Below, in pieces: positions 37,001 through 42,834 of a stretch of DNA of 64,000 nucleotides (position 1 is the first letter of the stretch; each line of letters begins with the position of its first letter). The translations under genes and the position numbers were made by a program. A model generated the notes under the pieces. It was not told where the DNA came from. It was given only the letters and a program-made list of their open reading frames with translations, and did not search any database. This DNA comes from a virus (lineage: Duplodnaviria; Caudoviricetes): positions 620 through 64,619 of the IMG/VR virus record IMGVR_UViG_3300031993_000074; one strand, 5' to 3'.

Positions 37001-39227
37001 CCTGGAGAACGCGATCGCGACGGGCGAGAAGATACCGGGGCGCGACCGCACCGTGCCGGAGGACATCGAACTACGGGAACTGCGCAAGCGCAAGGAGGAG
37101 CTGCGCAAGGCCTACGACGAGATTTTCGGCACTACGCGGACGCTTACGGACGCGCAACGGGTCGCGCTTGCCGAGACGGCGGCGGCAAGACAGCTTGAAT
37201 ACGCGATGGCAGACCTTGAGCGCGCACGGCAGGGTGACTTCTCGAAGCGCCCGAAGCGCCCAGGCGTGGAATCTCCCACGCTCGACGTTCTACGCGAAAG
37301 GACGCGACAGGCGCGTGAAGAGCTGTTTGCGCTGAAGAACGCGGCGTTCGAGTACGGCATGACGCCCGAGGAAGTTGAGGCGTACAACGCAAGGCGCATC
37401 AAGCGCAAGGAAGATGCGCTCATGAAGTATGCGGAGCGCATCGCCACGGGCGACATCCGCACGAACGTGAAGCCGAAGCCACCGCTCTCCCCGGAGCAGC
37501 AGAAGCGGTACGACGAGCTTGACGAGCAGCAGAAAAAAGCGCGGCGCAAGATGAAGCAGCTCCGCGAGGACGCCCGCAGGGCGGCATGGTGGCCGGCCGC
37601 GAAATCGGTGGCAGACTACTGGCAGTATCTGACGGGCATGTTCGTCGCGCACAAGGCGTCTGCCGACAGGAGCGCGGTCTTGCGACAGGCCCTCATGCTG
37701 ACGGCTGCGCATCCCGTTCTCGCCGCAAAGGACATGGCAATCGCGGAAAAGGCCGCGTGGAGCAAGAGGAAGTTCGACGAAGTGAACGCCGACATCCTTG
37801 CCGACCCGATCATCAGGGACGCAGTGGAGAACCACGGACTAAAGCTCCGCAGCACCGACATTGCCAACATTCACGATGTCGAAATGTTCAGCGGCGTTGA
37901 TCGCATCCCGCCGAAGATGATTCAACGTCTGAACAAACTGTTCGACATGATTCCGGGCGTCGGCAAAATATACAGCGGTGTCCGCAAGGTGGATAGAGCC
38001 ATTCTCGAAAACTCCGAACGGCACTACGTCACGTTCCTGAACCTTATGTCGTCGCAGACGTACAAGATGCTTCTTGACGCAATCCCGGACGCCTCTGACT
38101 ACCAGAAGAAAAGGATTGCGTATCTCGTCAACATGTACAGCGGACACGGCGCGATGAGCGAGAAGACTCGGAACAACGTCAACAGCCTCAACAACACGCT
38201 GGGACACGCCATCTGGTCGCCGTCCCTTGCGGCAGCGCAGATTCAGCAGGCGATGTTCCTCGATGTTCTCGGAACGCCTGGAATAAGCCGCGAAGGAGGC
38301 AGGGACGGCGGCTTTGCCACGGGCAAGGAGGCTGCGCAGGTCACGAAGAAAGCCGTCAAGATGCGCATTCGCGCAGAATTGGCCATCCTTGCGCTCGGTT
38401 CCCTCCTTGCGCTGCTCTGGTCTGACGACGACTGGAAGAGCGAATGGCTTACAAAATGGCGGAATGTGTGGAATGCAAGCGGTGCGGATAAGGTCCTTGC
38501 GTTCTTCAATGCCGTCGAAGCGACGAAGCATCCCGTGCTTGGCAAGACGCACGTTGACCTCGAAATGGGCAAGCGCACGTTCAACAGGATTCTCGGCCTT
38601 GCCTTGACTGGCGAGTACGAGACATCTACCGGGCGAATGGTCACGACTTCCAGCTTTGTCGGGAAGGACCTTGCGGACATGTTTGGACGGTACTTCTACG
38701 GGAAGTTGTCGCCTCATTATAGCGCGATGTTCTCCATTGCAAACCGTAAGACTTTTACCGGCGAGCCAGTCAGCTTCGACAACATGCTTGCCGACATGCT
38801 TCCGATACCCCTTGCCGCAAAGGATGTTGTGCAGTCGGCAATCGAGGACAAATGGAGCAACCTCCAGGCTCCGGCGGCAATCGTTCTGACGCTTCTCGGC
38901 GCGGGCGGCAACGTCTACGACGAGAAATACTACGAACGCGCCGTGAACAGATACGCGGAATACAAGAAGATCGAGAACGACGATCTTCTGGTCGAAAAGG
39001 ACAAGAATGCCATCCTTGAATCCATGCGTACGTCATACCCGTTCCTGAAGGACGATGTGCGCTACCAGATTGAAGATCACATCCGGGACATCAACCGCGA
39101 CAAGGCCGACATTCAGAAGTGGCGCAAGCAGGGCGCGACCGATGACGACAAGGACATCAAGGAAGCGGAAGCCGCTATTGAGACGGCCAAGACCGCCATT
39201 CTTGAGCTTGTCCGCAAGAACCGCTAA
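25023..39227 (+). CDS. Giant polyvalent (DarB-like) protein, 4734 aa: HExxH peptidase, ParB-like domain, N6-adenine methyltransferase, Strawberry-notch-type SF2 helicase
   Basis: SHEAGH (27528-27542); ParB-like VVITGRHR (~29240); MTase motif I MLEPSAGIG (~31295) and NPPF (~31508); GYFIGDGTGVGKG (~32415), FDESHK, and a helicase-C-like region (QGLGRTHRSN); duplicated N-terminal YESMSDDELRAAYA. Confidence 0.9.
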   Translation: MADRYESMSDDELRAAYAAMQSKPPEESEPDYESMSDDELRAAYAGLSSTSPVSSPAASAPSDAQPDPNAESAATKLSGVKEGDFVAVTGRDGKVSLKKMNAPVDGASVLEDVDDVPDMNKTYTTLSAAEWDAGRESGKVKMNVSPARYRQLQHIAETGSDLFEDDGGKFMSAYADVMPYGGRKAVDKERNKIARMEKYVKGEPDLAPYSKIARELTPTSIGPTKYVSPFSKQMKGISPDEQWAEEARMLGVKGDLKRGKDEDEDAYHKRLQGLVEEKMKETVSRQDWAKKELSYIDKDWKDTVFGEGRQSIAYGLEFAATPVPLGGFLKAGKAANILVKAGSKVVRAAIQTAPVAIDHAASDYEKFRENGYTMRNGDLMIESKGDDPGTALWKAIKNNETEAILEVVGGDLAAPVLRAIGKTIGKHAVGKTLVSIGKAYGKIRDMTHFGDPIFEENLFEEMPQYFFSDVLGWGKKDSEYKGFYEELANAFGYEKKVDPETGVERYEGSWLKGEGMYTPKGFWNTSLAMLLQMGGQAAIAAPGAGLKHIKNNRELANILEGTGMTKEQVANLSYAQREAFRRFHDHFAGNPEKLKRALTLFDKQLGSMADELVRQTTFRTMQTIMDYRDENGQPVKPHLFEVQTETGADGKPRPKFSSQFIVRGDGKNSETRKQMFDPVAQVSIEDNGDGTYCVHDEAHPDRSAYFDNFEEAVRQANFYSCTNQKLRLDNKVKAQYARTLTQGENAKYKKPAVFLESVRDVHFALSNAIREQGGIFGINAKNIGQVFQTDENGEVLYPPRLVVGNTSRGLTTPDGTKIVILDNIRSPEDMNTVLSHEAGHVAGRANQEERLEMLRRASPDSEVGREIARLKAINERLGNKYSEAKILDEAFSNWLSRRGHNPSLMQRLSHKMLGKVGQLNDADFEVIASQIEKDEASGSGENVHFFEDNQFDSTAESAEEPEMPTETPTQGESNETGNVPDEAPAQPEQGASGQSEAGEVGEAEAPVAPRAETPDAGVVKEVAELAKKRQELQSQYDANLDEDGNPQDSETASKLSKEIDAIDSRLGEIEAAKPGILSPELKAVARTPKSANGAATHVNPAPKAKSKADEISEQIEAGRRKRDDDAKAANESLAKTNPSGRAFADKEDLKQNGQVGDKLVAANGAEMEVVGKTANGRNKIKRTRTRKFTVDYGKTWHDGIESGATLPASDYYGDKLDEGDPRENVNVVTFDDGNNEELKNRYNAAVEAFRAGDEHALDNFYYEAEIVGDNDVVWHLREKPGNATAAPAASRASGEAPRRLTSAEEAIATAKTPFNAAEKATLKDAADVSAIDSTDEMPEQRDYLSILSKDAPVVRLNPAKVDRSDAILPNMKKDANRVSGITKPLSGEWHPTMGGIGAVWLTKDGKLVVITGRHRSELAERKGKSMLYYLYREADGFTKDDALIYDAVANIHDEKGTINDYLGFLDRINPTREQAEKAGILSGKGLVAWSLYKDATEAVRSATAMDGNPSEGQISPQQATVIAEAAPRDADKRNPSIQRQLLKTALGGMRGKAFDMYARIRADELSRTPLNENLLAGEQMDLFSSPEDQAADILAQRQSQYRTKKANGYGEVARNLRTALNGEGKLELNDEYAKELGVTDKTDKKQLEAAYDKAVERANYWENTVRLDEADKAAMNAEINAAADARAKKLAELKAKREAAKSGKPKVVVSKNATTTPADETKLPAGETKPAAGETKRPSGETKKADSETKKPVSETQKPALGTENAVSETKTGKTEMSKAASKTPSIKMKDEAAEKLAQQQEDDLAALFDTPELDVKDAGENEAKYLSWAKRWKLDPSKKKNQREWAERNGVSFDTPEFDPDIFQKRVGAVAKLVKTYQDNGVADFKTLATRMAERFPEKFATMKPYLRGVWNAVADQMKLSDVSRDDAERIFSAIEKPVGNAPAETPKAPPANKLMSTRISDAADEIVALIESGEKFTRKEVTDIVERQLGGKVANGDFDAKQVTDILELAVNRYIKTANFTDVDGVYYTPDGDQGAAKDKIRNLRDLLSSIPTQTTRSVEQDKMQQFSTVPHEAFAAAWVANIGKNDVMLEPSAGIGGIAVFGANAGAKVITNELSSRRAEILEQLGIGKPYEFNAENLYAYLEPMIKSGEVKRPTVVVMNPPFSNSQRTNKKNTHIGADHVEQALKLLAPGGRLVAIVGNGMAHDKPAFKAWWDRIGKEYTVRANIGVNGQEYAKYGTTFDNNIIVIDKVAPNGSIAPIYDIISSLDELPAMLEGVRNDRPKIENRKLDTRADERVEQQTVRPGQARAERPMLRPGGNGDRNSQPDGRRVSLGIRGDDGRQGERGEPDGRGDRGDGEQSSLNALLDTDGLTVQSVEQTREVGDGMFSEYKPSKVSVPGMKPHPTALVESSAMASVQPPNPTYSPKIPKKIIEDGVLSEAQIEQVVYAGQAHQQKLGNGERKGYFIGDGTGVGKGREISGIILDNFNNGRRKALWISKTGELSRDAKRDLTAFGLGDELFTLESKNLKGFTSRSHGVAFTTYSSLAENHEGIDDNGTIRASQKAKGGSRMQLLAKWLGRDFDGVIVFDESHKAGNAVSERGKRGMTKPSDMALAVVDLQRILPNARIVYVSATGATEVRNLAYATRLGLWGKGTAFKDREAFINQVSNGGISVMEIVARDMKAMGVYMARTLSYEGIENERVTHELSPDQIKNYNLLADTWQMVMGEIESALISSNGIHGKANGNVKSAFWGAHQRFFNQTLTAMQMPSVLKKAREMWEAGYSPVFQMVSTGEAAQKRSLEKARKAGNGETDIENLDLSPREILIQFVEQSFPTVQYVEEQTDGGKTRWVPLVDSNGNPVHDPAAVERKERLIGRLQRMKLGEAPLDMILNEFGHENVAEITGRTSRREMVRNSDGEMEMRMVRRTKKTSRQEAEDFNDGKRTVLVFSGAGNTGFSFHADRNFKNQRRRVQFLIEAGYNAADAIQGLGRTHRSNESSHPIYELCSTNLPGHKRFMSTIARRLAQLGSLTSGDRGASGSGVFSESDNLENQYAKNAVLDLFEEMFHDDPEKFNRICSEMGFMKARVNPESGEREYVNTLIDADGNFDPKEELAIPHFLNRILAMKIDAQNELFDAFSAKMADMIERAKDAGTFDPGMEKLKGVTVEVKNRTRLWEDKDKIGMTDIVEVGVSKKSKKTDYQTAQSRLDYSAAAGATPTVYVHNASGEVLMMVETKSTKTMADGSIVNVYRQLKPNGESGYTTETAVEKNYTPLFAEGEKRWTEAYDAVPELIEQSQFFAHGTLLPIWDRLGATNPRFFKIAPTGGIETQPFLGMQIDADRVNDVLQRFGRAVGAVEVTPDIILNRIMKDGKKVELQNGWTLKRVKVLGDSRIEIDGVDEEDEIRRLASEGYAYAEKIGYLRAFVKPDAENVAAFLNEYPAIPDKGGLSTVSGTAEDLSGDKYKEPLETLYSQLKEELSANMFRDNDEKVHVAEDSVRNFLVRLSNEQLEEVFDKYAAIDSGRHSPGRILRRIAANELSARGALDWNRYEQAEREAGGNFVDFDTPELMPEEPVPETFGLTNDDIAFARKVAEMKPIGHTEKSHEFQFQQANALLSNREYMEHLAKAVAKVPRATSPHVDLALGIFHKIVEREVNAAREKVKALQAVVEELKGEKDSEFDEERKQSAQDLKDAKKELEAKTQLLDKIGIAHNEGGSEAARTLNLRRALANAADYSYAGIRNAVAEEMAKIKGAITPELEKRIGELADMFSGLDEKQADVLVSIMKPFAESELNKIKNGNKIKRAAERMPGDEAKRVVRNYNDALAQLEVAARETGGVFVGLADEKQPGWGKFLRAIAEYHCFENPDIKVDEVVQKMVETLHACGFEDVDEVSVWDEWTGYGHSFRQSRYESQRRANWLRSQALHKRQLHHMDETNTLPLATGMQRDVDPTPEGRALTKEVYERKKEVPDEGRAERHLKGLLESAKTRIRNTIADLENAIATGEKIPGRDRTVPEDIELRELRKRKEELRKAYDEIFGTTRTLTDAQRVALAETAAARQLEYAMADLERARQGDFSKRPKRPGVESPTLDVLRERTRQAREELFALKNAAFEYGMTPEEVEAYNARRIKRKEDALMKYAERIATGDIRTNVKPKPPLSPEQQKRYDELDEQQKKARRKMKQLREDARRAAWWPAAKSVADYWQYLTGMFVAHKASADRSAVLRQALMLTAAHPVLAAKDMAIAEKAAWSKRKFDEVNADILADPIIRDAVENHGLKLRSTDIANIHDVEMFSGVDRIPPKMIQRLNKLFDMIPGVGKIYSGVRKVDRAILENSERHYVTFLNLMSSQTYKMLLDAIPDASDYQKKRIAYLVNMYSGHGAMSEKTRNNVNSLNNTLGHAIWSPSLAAAQIQQAMFLDVLGTPGISREGGRDGGFATGKEAAQVTKKAVKMRIRAELAILALGSLLALLWSDDDWKSEWLTKWRNVWNASGADKVLAFFNAVEATKHPVLGKTHVDLEMGKRTFNRILGLALTGEYETSTGRMVTTSSFVGKDLADMFGRYFYGKLSPHYSAMFSIANRKTFTGEPVSFDNMLADMLPIPLAAKDVVQSAIEDKWSNLQAPAAIVLTLLGAGGNVYDEKYYERAVNRYAEYKKIENDDLLVEKDKNAILESMRTSYPFLKDDVRYQIEDHIRDINRDKADIQKWRKQGATDDDKDIKEAEAAIETAKTAILELVRKNR
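27943..28080 (+). CDS. Candidate nested (+1 frame) basic peptide (45 aa) inside the giant gene
   Basis: SD AAGGAG at 27931-27936. Third-position G/C bias sits in this frame, while the giant-gene frame becomes A-ending and low-complexity. Confidence 0.5.
   Translation: MRQEMCPMKHQRNPNKGHLGNRKPEKWAKLKHQSRREQKRQMREW
30171..30335 (+). repeat. 21-bp (7-aa, xxxETK) tandem repeat within the giant gene
   Basis: GAAACGAAA-like cores at 30180, 30201, 30222, 30243, 30264 and 30285. Confidence 0.8.
31811..31819 (+). promoter_or_regulatory. Internal extended -10 promoter within the giant gene
   Basis: Exact TGnTATAAT (TGATATAAT), 44 nt upstream of the nested ATG at 31864. Confidence 0.6.
31864..32127 (+). 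CDS. Nested (+1 frame) acidic protein (87 aa) between the MTase and helicase domains
   Basis: SD AAGGAG (31852-31857); upstream TGATATAAT; GC3-rich codons; about 22 D/E vs 5 K/R. The giant frame here is an R/G-rich shadow-like linker. Confidence 0.7.
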   Translation: MTDLRSKIENWILALTSEWNSRLYDQDRHVPNDQCYDLEGTGIETLNLTDDEYLWEYEEMMEGKENVGSLTDEEIEETVNSLHSMLC

Positions 39228-40039
39228 CGCTTGTTCAGCGCCATAATCGCCGCCTCTCCCTTCTTGCACCGCGCCATGACGAACGCGGCGGGGTTATCCA
39301 CCTCGTCGTCGTCGGAATCGACCATCGCCTTGACGAGAACCTTGCGGAACACGGCTTCCTTTCCGATTGCCTCCATGCGTCTCGTCATCTCGGCAATCGG
39401 CTCGTCGAACGTCGTGCAGGTCGATTCGTCCCTGTCGTCGCCGAACAGTTCGTTTCCGACCAGCTCGACGGCATCATCCACGTCCGCCGACAGGAGCTGG
39501 GAGCATCGCATCGTCGGCTTGCCGTTCGCCCGCATTTCTGGTAACGTCGAAATCTGCGGCGCGTTCATGGCGAGGAACTTCTTGGCCTCCTTCTCCGAAA
39601 GAGGGGTGGGCGGCGCGGCATTAGCCCGCGACGCCCCATCCCCTACCGAAGAATTAGATATTCCTTTTGTCATATCTAATTCTTCTTTACTTCGGTTTAT
39701 ATTAGGAACATGAGGCGTCTTATCCCTACTTGTCCCTACATAAGTTGCCCCATCTTTGCCCTTCTTTATAGAACGGCTATTGCATATCTCAAGATAGCTT
39801 TTGACCTTTTTTCTTTGCCTGTTTATGAGCATCTGTAGTACCATGTTTGCAGACGGATCGGTAAGTGTAGGCACGTCTGCGCCGACGAACCATCCAAGAA
39901 GTGCGTCCAAGATAGCATGGCGCAGCTTAACAGGGTATGTAGGAGTAAACAACCCCTCGATATCATCTTTGTTGAGTGTCAAAGCATCGCCACGCTCTGG
40001 GTCAATCTTTTCCGTCTTGCGGACATAGTTTCTGCTCAT
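39224..40039 (-). CDS. Putative replication initiator / replisome-organiser-like protein
   Basis: Start at 40039 (SD AAGGAGA). Helical N-domain, AT-rich repetitive linker and C-terminal 'VDNPAAFVMARC', an architecture like lambda-O/DnaD-type initiators. Confidence 0.45.
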   Translation of the reverse strand: MSRNYVRKTEKIDPERGDALTLNKDDIEGLFTPTYPVKLRHAILDALLGWFVGADVPTLTDPSANMVLQMLINRQRKKVKSYLEICNSRSIKKGKDGATYVGTSRDKTPHVPNINRSKEELDMTKGISNSSVGDGASRANAAPPTPLSEKEAKKFLAMNAPQISTLPEMRANGKPTMRCSQLLSADVDDAVELVGNELFGDDRDESTCTTFDEPIAEMTRRMEAIGKEAVFRKVLVKAMVDSDDDEVDNPAAFVMARCKKGEAAIMALNKR

Positions 40040-40281
40040 TGTTTGTCTCCTTGTTTGTTGTTGTTCCCTGCCGCCCCCAGCACTTGCGGGGCGTTCGGCA
40101 GAGGATAGAAAAACGGTCTGTCCATCGTGTCCGGGTCTGTCCAGTAGCTGCAATAGTCGCCGGCGTTGACCTTCGGAAATCCGACGTTAGCTGTCGGACG
40201 GCTTACATGGCACTTGTACCGGCCATCGGCAATGCTTGTGCCGAAGAAACACCGATTACACTTCTTGTCTGTTGCATTCAT
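40036..40281 (-). CDS. Small Cys-rich protein
   Basis: SD AAGGAGG; CxxC...C...C pattern. Confidence 0.7.
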   Translation of the reverse strand: MNATDKKCNRCFFGTSIADGRYKCHVSRPTANVGFPKVNAGDYCSYWTDPDTMDRPFFYPLPNAPQVLGAAGNNNKQGDKQ

Positions 40282-40295
40282 CGTGTGTTCCTCCT

Positions 40296-40820
40296 TTAGC
40301 ATACCGCGTCAAAGCCAGCAGATTCAAACAGGGAACGAAGCTCTTCTCCTTCGACGAACTGTTCTACGATGAATCCGGGAAGAGTCTGAATGTCAATATT
40401 GCTCTTGTTTGCGTTTGGTCTTTTCTCGTGCAGATAAAGGAACGAATCTGTGAAGCAGAAAACGCGCAGTATATCGGAAAGCGTATAATCGTCTTCCGAC
40501 CACTTGCTCGTGAGTTCCGTGATCTCCTTCAGGTTGGCAAACGCCTTGCCCGTGATCTCGATGGTCACGCGGTCGTCGCCGTCCGTATAGATTATGTCGT
40601 TGTGCGTGAATGATGTGCTGCCTCGGTATAGTTGTGCGAGTTTGTGCAGCCTATCCAAAGCTGACAACATGTTCGTTTTTTTCTGTTTTGTGTCCGCAGG
40701 AGTGTCTTCCCTGCGGATCACAATTTCCCTTGCCTGTTCGAGCGCGTTCATAATGTCGCGTTCGATTCTGCTCTTGTTTTTCGTTGCCGTCTTTCCGGCT
40801 GTCTTGTTCTGTTTGCTCAT
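40296..40820 (-). CDS. Hypothetical protein (174 aa), first gene after the structured leader
   Basis: Lower GC; ATG follows GGAAGTGACACCCC. Confidence 0.75.
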   Translation of the reverse strand: MSKQNKTAGKTATKNKSRIERDIMNALEQAREIVIRREDTPADTKQKKTNMLSALDRLHKLAQLYRGSTSFTHNDIIYTDGDDRVTIEITGKAFANLKEITELTSKWSEDDYTLSDILRVFCFTDSFLYLHEKRPNANKSNIDIQTLPGFIVEQFVEGEELRSLFESAGFDAVC

Positions 40821-40975
40821 GGGGTGTCACTTCCATTTGCATGATAAAACCCGCTCTCGATGGGGTGACACCTATGCGCGGAGGCATAGACCCATCAAGG
40901 GCGGGCAAATCGTGGTTGTGGGATTCCGCGATTCGATTCTCGGCAGGGGTGTCACTTCCTGTTGTCCGAAAACGG
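40821..40975 (-). ncRNA. Structured leader with c4/CI-like antisense architecture
   Basis: 14-bp direct repeat GGAAGTGACACCCC at both ends (40946-40959, 40821-40834). A central stem (40850-40905) has a complementary bulge GGUGUCAC and loop CUCCGC. Confidence 0.5.
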
Positions 40976-40980
40976 CGCGA

Positions 40981-41009
40981 ATTATACCACACAAATTTTG
41001 CGATTGCAA
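40981..41009 (-). promoter_or_regulatory. sigma70 promoter for the Rep-like operon
   Basis: TTGCAA, 17-nt spacer, TGgTATAAT. Confidence 0.7.
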
Positions 41010-41120
41010 GCAATCTAACAAAATCTTATGCAGAAACCGCAAATGCGCGGCTCAACATAAGTTTTTGCTATGTCAAAGAGCGAAATTCAACCGCCGGAGA
41101 GAGCGGGGGAATTGGTGCAT

Positions 41121-41149
41121 ATTATCTCATAATCACCCCCGCGTGTCAA
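41121..41149 (-). promoter_or_regulatory. Second leftward sigma70 promoter
   Basis: TTGACA (41149-41144), 17-nt spacer, GATAAT with extended TG. Confidence 0.65.
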
Positions 41150-41151
41150 CG

Positions 41152-41289
41152 GGGCAGATTCGCAAGGACGAGGCGAGGGCGCGGAAGGACGAGCGCGATG
41201 GCGTGGAGCCAGACGCAACCCTGCTCTCGGAGATCGAGACCGGCAAGGCCAAGCTGATCGAGAAAATCCGCGCGGCCAGACGCAAGTAG
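41152..41289 (+). pseudogene. Start-less coding relic resembling the C-terminus of the giant protein
   Basis: GC3-biased frame ...LLSEIETGKAKLIEKIRAARRK* vs the giant protein end ...AAIETAKTAILELVRKNR*; no start codon or SD. Confidence 0.45.
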
Positions 41290-41426
41290 CCGTAAGAAAA
41301 TCACAAGAAACGCGGCCACATTCGGGTGATAGGGGCTTGATTCTAACAATCTCCTATCACCCTCCAAATGGCCTATCGTTCCCATAAATGGCAAAAACGC
41401 GCCGCTTTATTGTTTGTTTCGCCCGA

Positions 41427-41508
41427 TTGACCTGCAAATGCCGTTCGTGGTATAATACCATTCATGCGACGATAGGCTATTGACTGGCGCGGGGCCTTAT
41501 GGTACAAT
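41427..41508 (+). promoter_or_regulatory. Two tandem sigma70 promoters upstream of the integrase
   Basis: TTGACC-18-TATAAT (41427-41456) and TTGACT-17-TACAAT (41480-41508), both with extended TG. Confidence 0.7.
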
Positions 41509-41605
41509 GCTCTCGTTGTGTTTTCGGTGTGATAGGGTTTTACGATAAAATCCGATTGTCACAACGAAATCACATAGCAAAAACCTAACAAGTGGAGAGA
41601 CGACC

Positions 41606-42823
41606 ATGAGTTATTTGCCAAAGGCAATAGTCGAGAGGAGCATAAAGAAGCGAGTCCGCAAGGACAAGCAGGGGCGGGAAAGAGTGGGCTACGAAGCCTA
41701 TTTCGGCACCGATCCGTTTACGAAGTGCGCCGTGCGCATGACACGCGCAAGCGAAGATGAGTTGAAGAAGGACATAAAGGACTTCTATCAGCGACACCAG
41801 TCCGGAGGCGACGCCGCCGTGCGACTTACGCCCATAGAGGCGATAGACGCGAAGAGCGCACTTGACCTTTTGCATGAGGCGGGCGTGAAGATAAGCCTTG
41901 CGGACGCCGTGCGCGGCTATCTGAACGGAGACGCGCAGAAGAAGGTGGAAGATTCCGGCGTCACCGTTGGCGCGGCATACGCGGAATACTACGCGGCCAA
42001 GAACGAAGGAGCGGACAAGAACAAGACCGCTTCGACTGTCGGGAAGTGGGTGATGGAGGTTGGCGAGGAAACCGCTCTTTCAGCCGTGACGGCGAAAGCG
42101 GTTGACGAATACCTAAAGCGGAAGTATGGCGACCGCAAGCCCAAGACGTACAACTCGCACTTGCTGTATCTAAAGACTTTCCTCAACTGGTGCTGCAAGG
42201 ATGAACGGAAGTATCTCACGGAGAACCCGATACGGTGGATGAAGCCAAGGGAAGAGCCGTGGGAAGAGCCGGAATACATGAAGCCTGGTGACGCCGAAAA
42301 GCTGTTCCGGCTTTTGGAGCGCGGGAAGGACGCACACCCGGAACACCTCGCATACGCGATCATAAGCTTCTTCTGCGGGAGCCGTGCAATCGAGATTCAG
42401 CGTTCCGCCGCTCTTGGTGACGATGCCGTGCGAATCAACCTTGACGATGAAATGGTACGCATCGCCAAGGGCAAGGGGTATCAGCGCGGAAAGAGGCCAA
42501 GGGCATTCCACATCGACCCGACGGCTCTTGCGTGGATGAAGTCGTTTGACTTCTTGAAAGCCGTCAAGATGATCACGAAGAACACGCAATGCGAAATCTA
42601 CACTCTCGCACGCGCCAACAAGATACCCGTGTTCCAGAACTGCGGACGGCACACGTTCATTACCTATCATGTTGCGGCTTTCGGGGACCCCGCAAAGACG
42701 CAGGCTATCGTGGGAACGAGCGCGAAGATGCGAGCGGAGAACTACTGCGGGCTTGCGAGCAAGGCGGACGGCGAGGCGTATTTCAAGATTATGCCAGCGG
42801 AGGCGGTTGATATTTCGCAGTAG
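41606..42823 (+). CDS. int: Tyrosine recombinase / phage integrase
   Basis: 405 aa; SAM-like middle region; box I FCGSRAIE (Arg); IAKGK; box II variant QNCGRHTF; terminal ENY (Tyr). Confidence 0.85.
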   Translation: MSYLPKAIVERSIKKRVRKDKQGRERVGYEAYFGTDPFTKCAVRMTRASEDELKKDIKDFYQRHQSGGDAAVRLTPIEAIDAKSALDLLHEAGVKISLADAVRGYLNGDAQKKVEDSGVTVGAAYAEYYAAKNEGADKNKTASTVGKWVMEVGEETALSAVTAKAVDEYLKRKYGDRKPKTYNSHLLYLKTFLNWCCKDERKYLTENPIRWMKPREEPWEEPEYMKPGDAEKLFRLLERGKDAHPEHLAYAIISFFCGSRAIEIQRSAALGDDAVRINLDDEMVRIAKGKGYQRGKRPRAFHIDPTALAWMKSFDFLKAVKMITKNTQCEIYTLARANKIPVFQNCGRHTFITYHVAAFGDPAKTQAIVGTSAKMRAENYCGLASKADGEAYFKIMPAEAVDISQ

Positions 42824-42834
42824 CTTTGGACGTG

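Noticed and set aside
40594-41289. 231-aa plus-strand ORF from the track
   Set aside because: It runs antisense to a real gene and across promoters and the leader RNA; only the last ~45 codons look coding and are treated as a relic.
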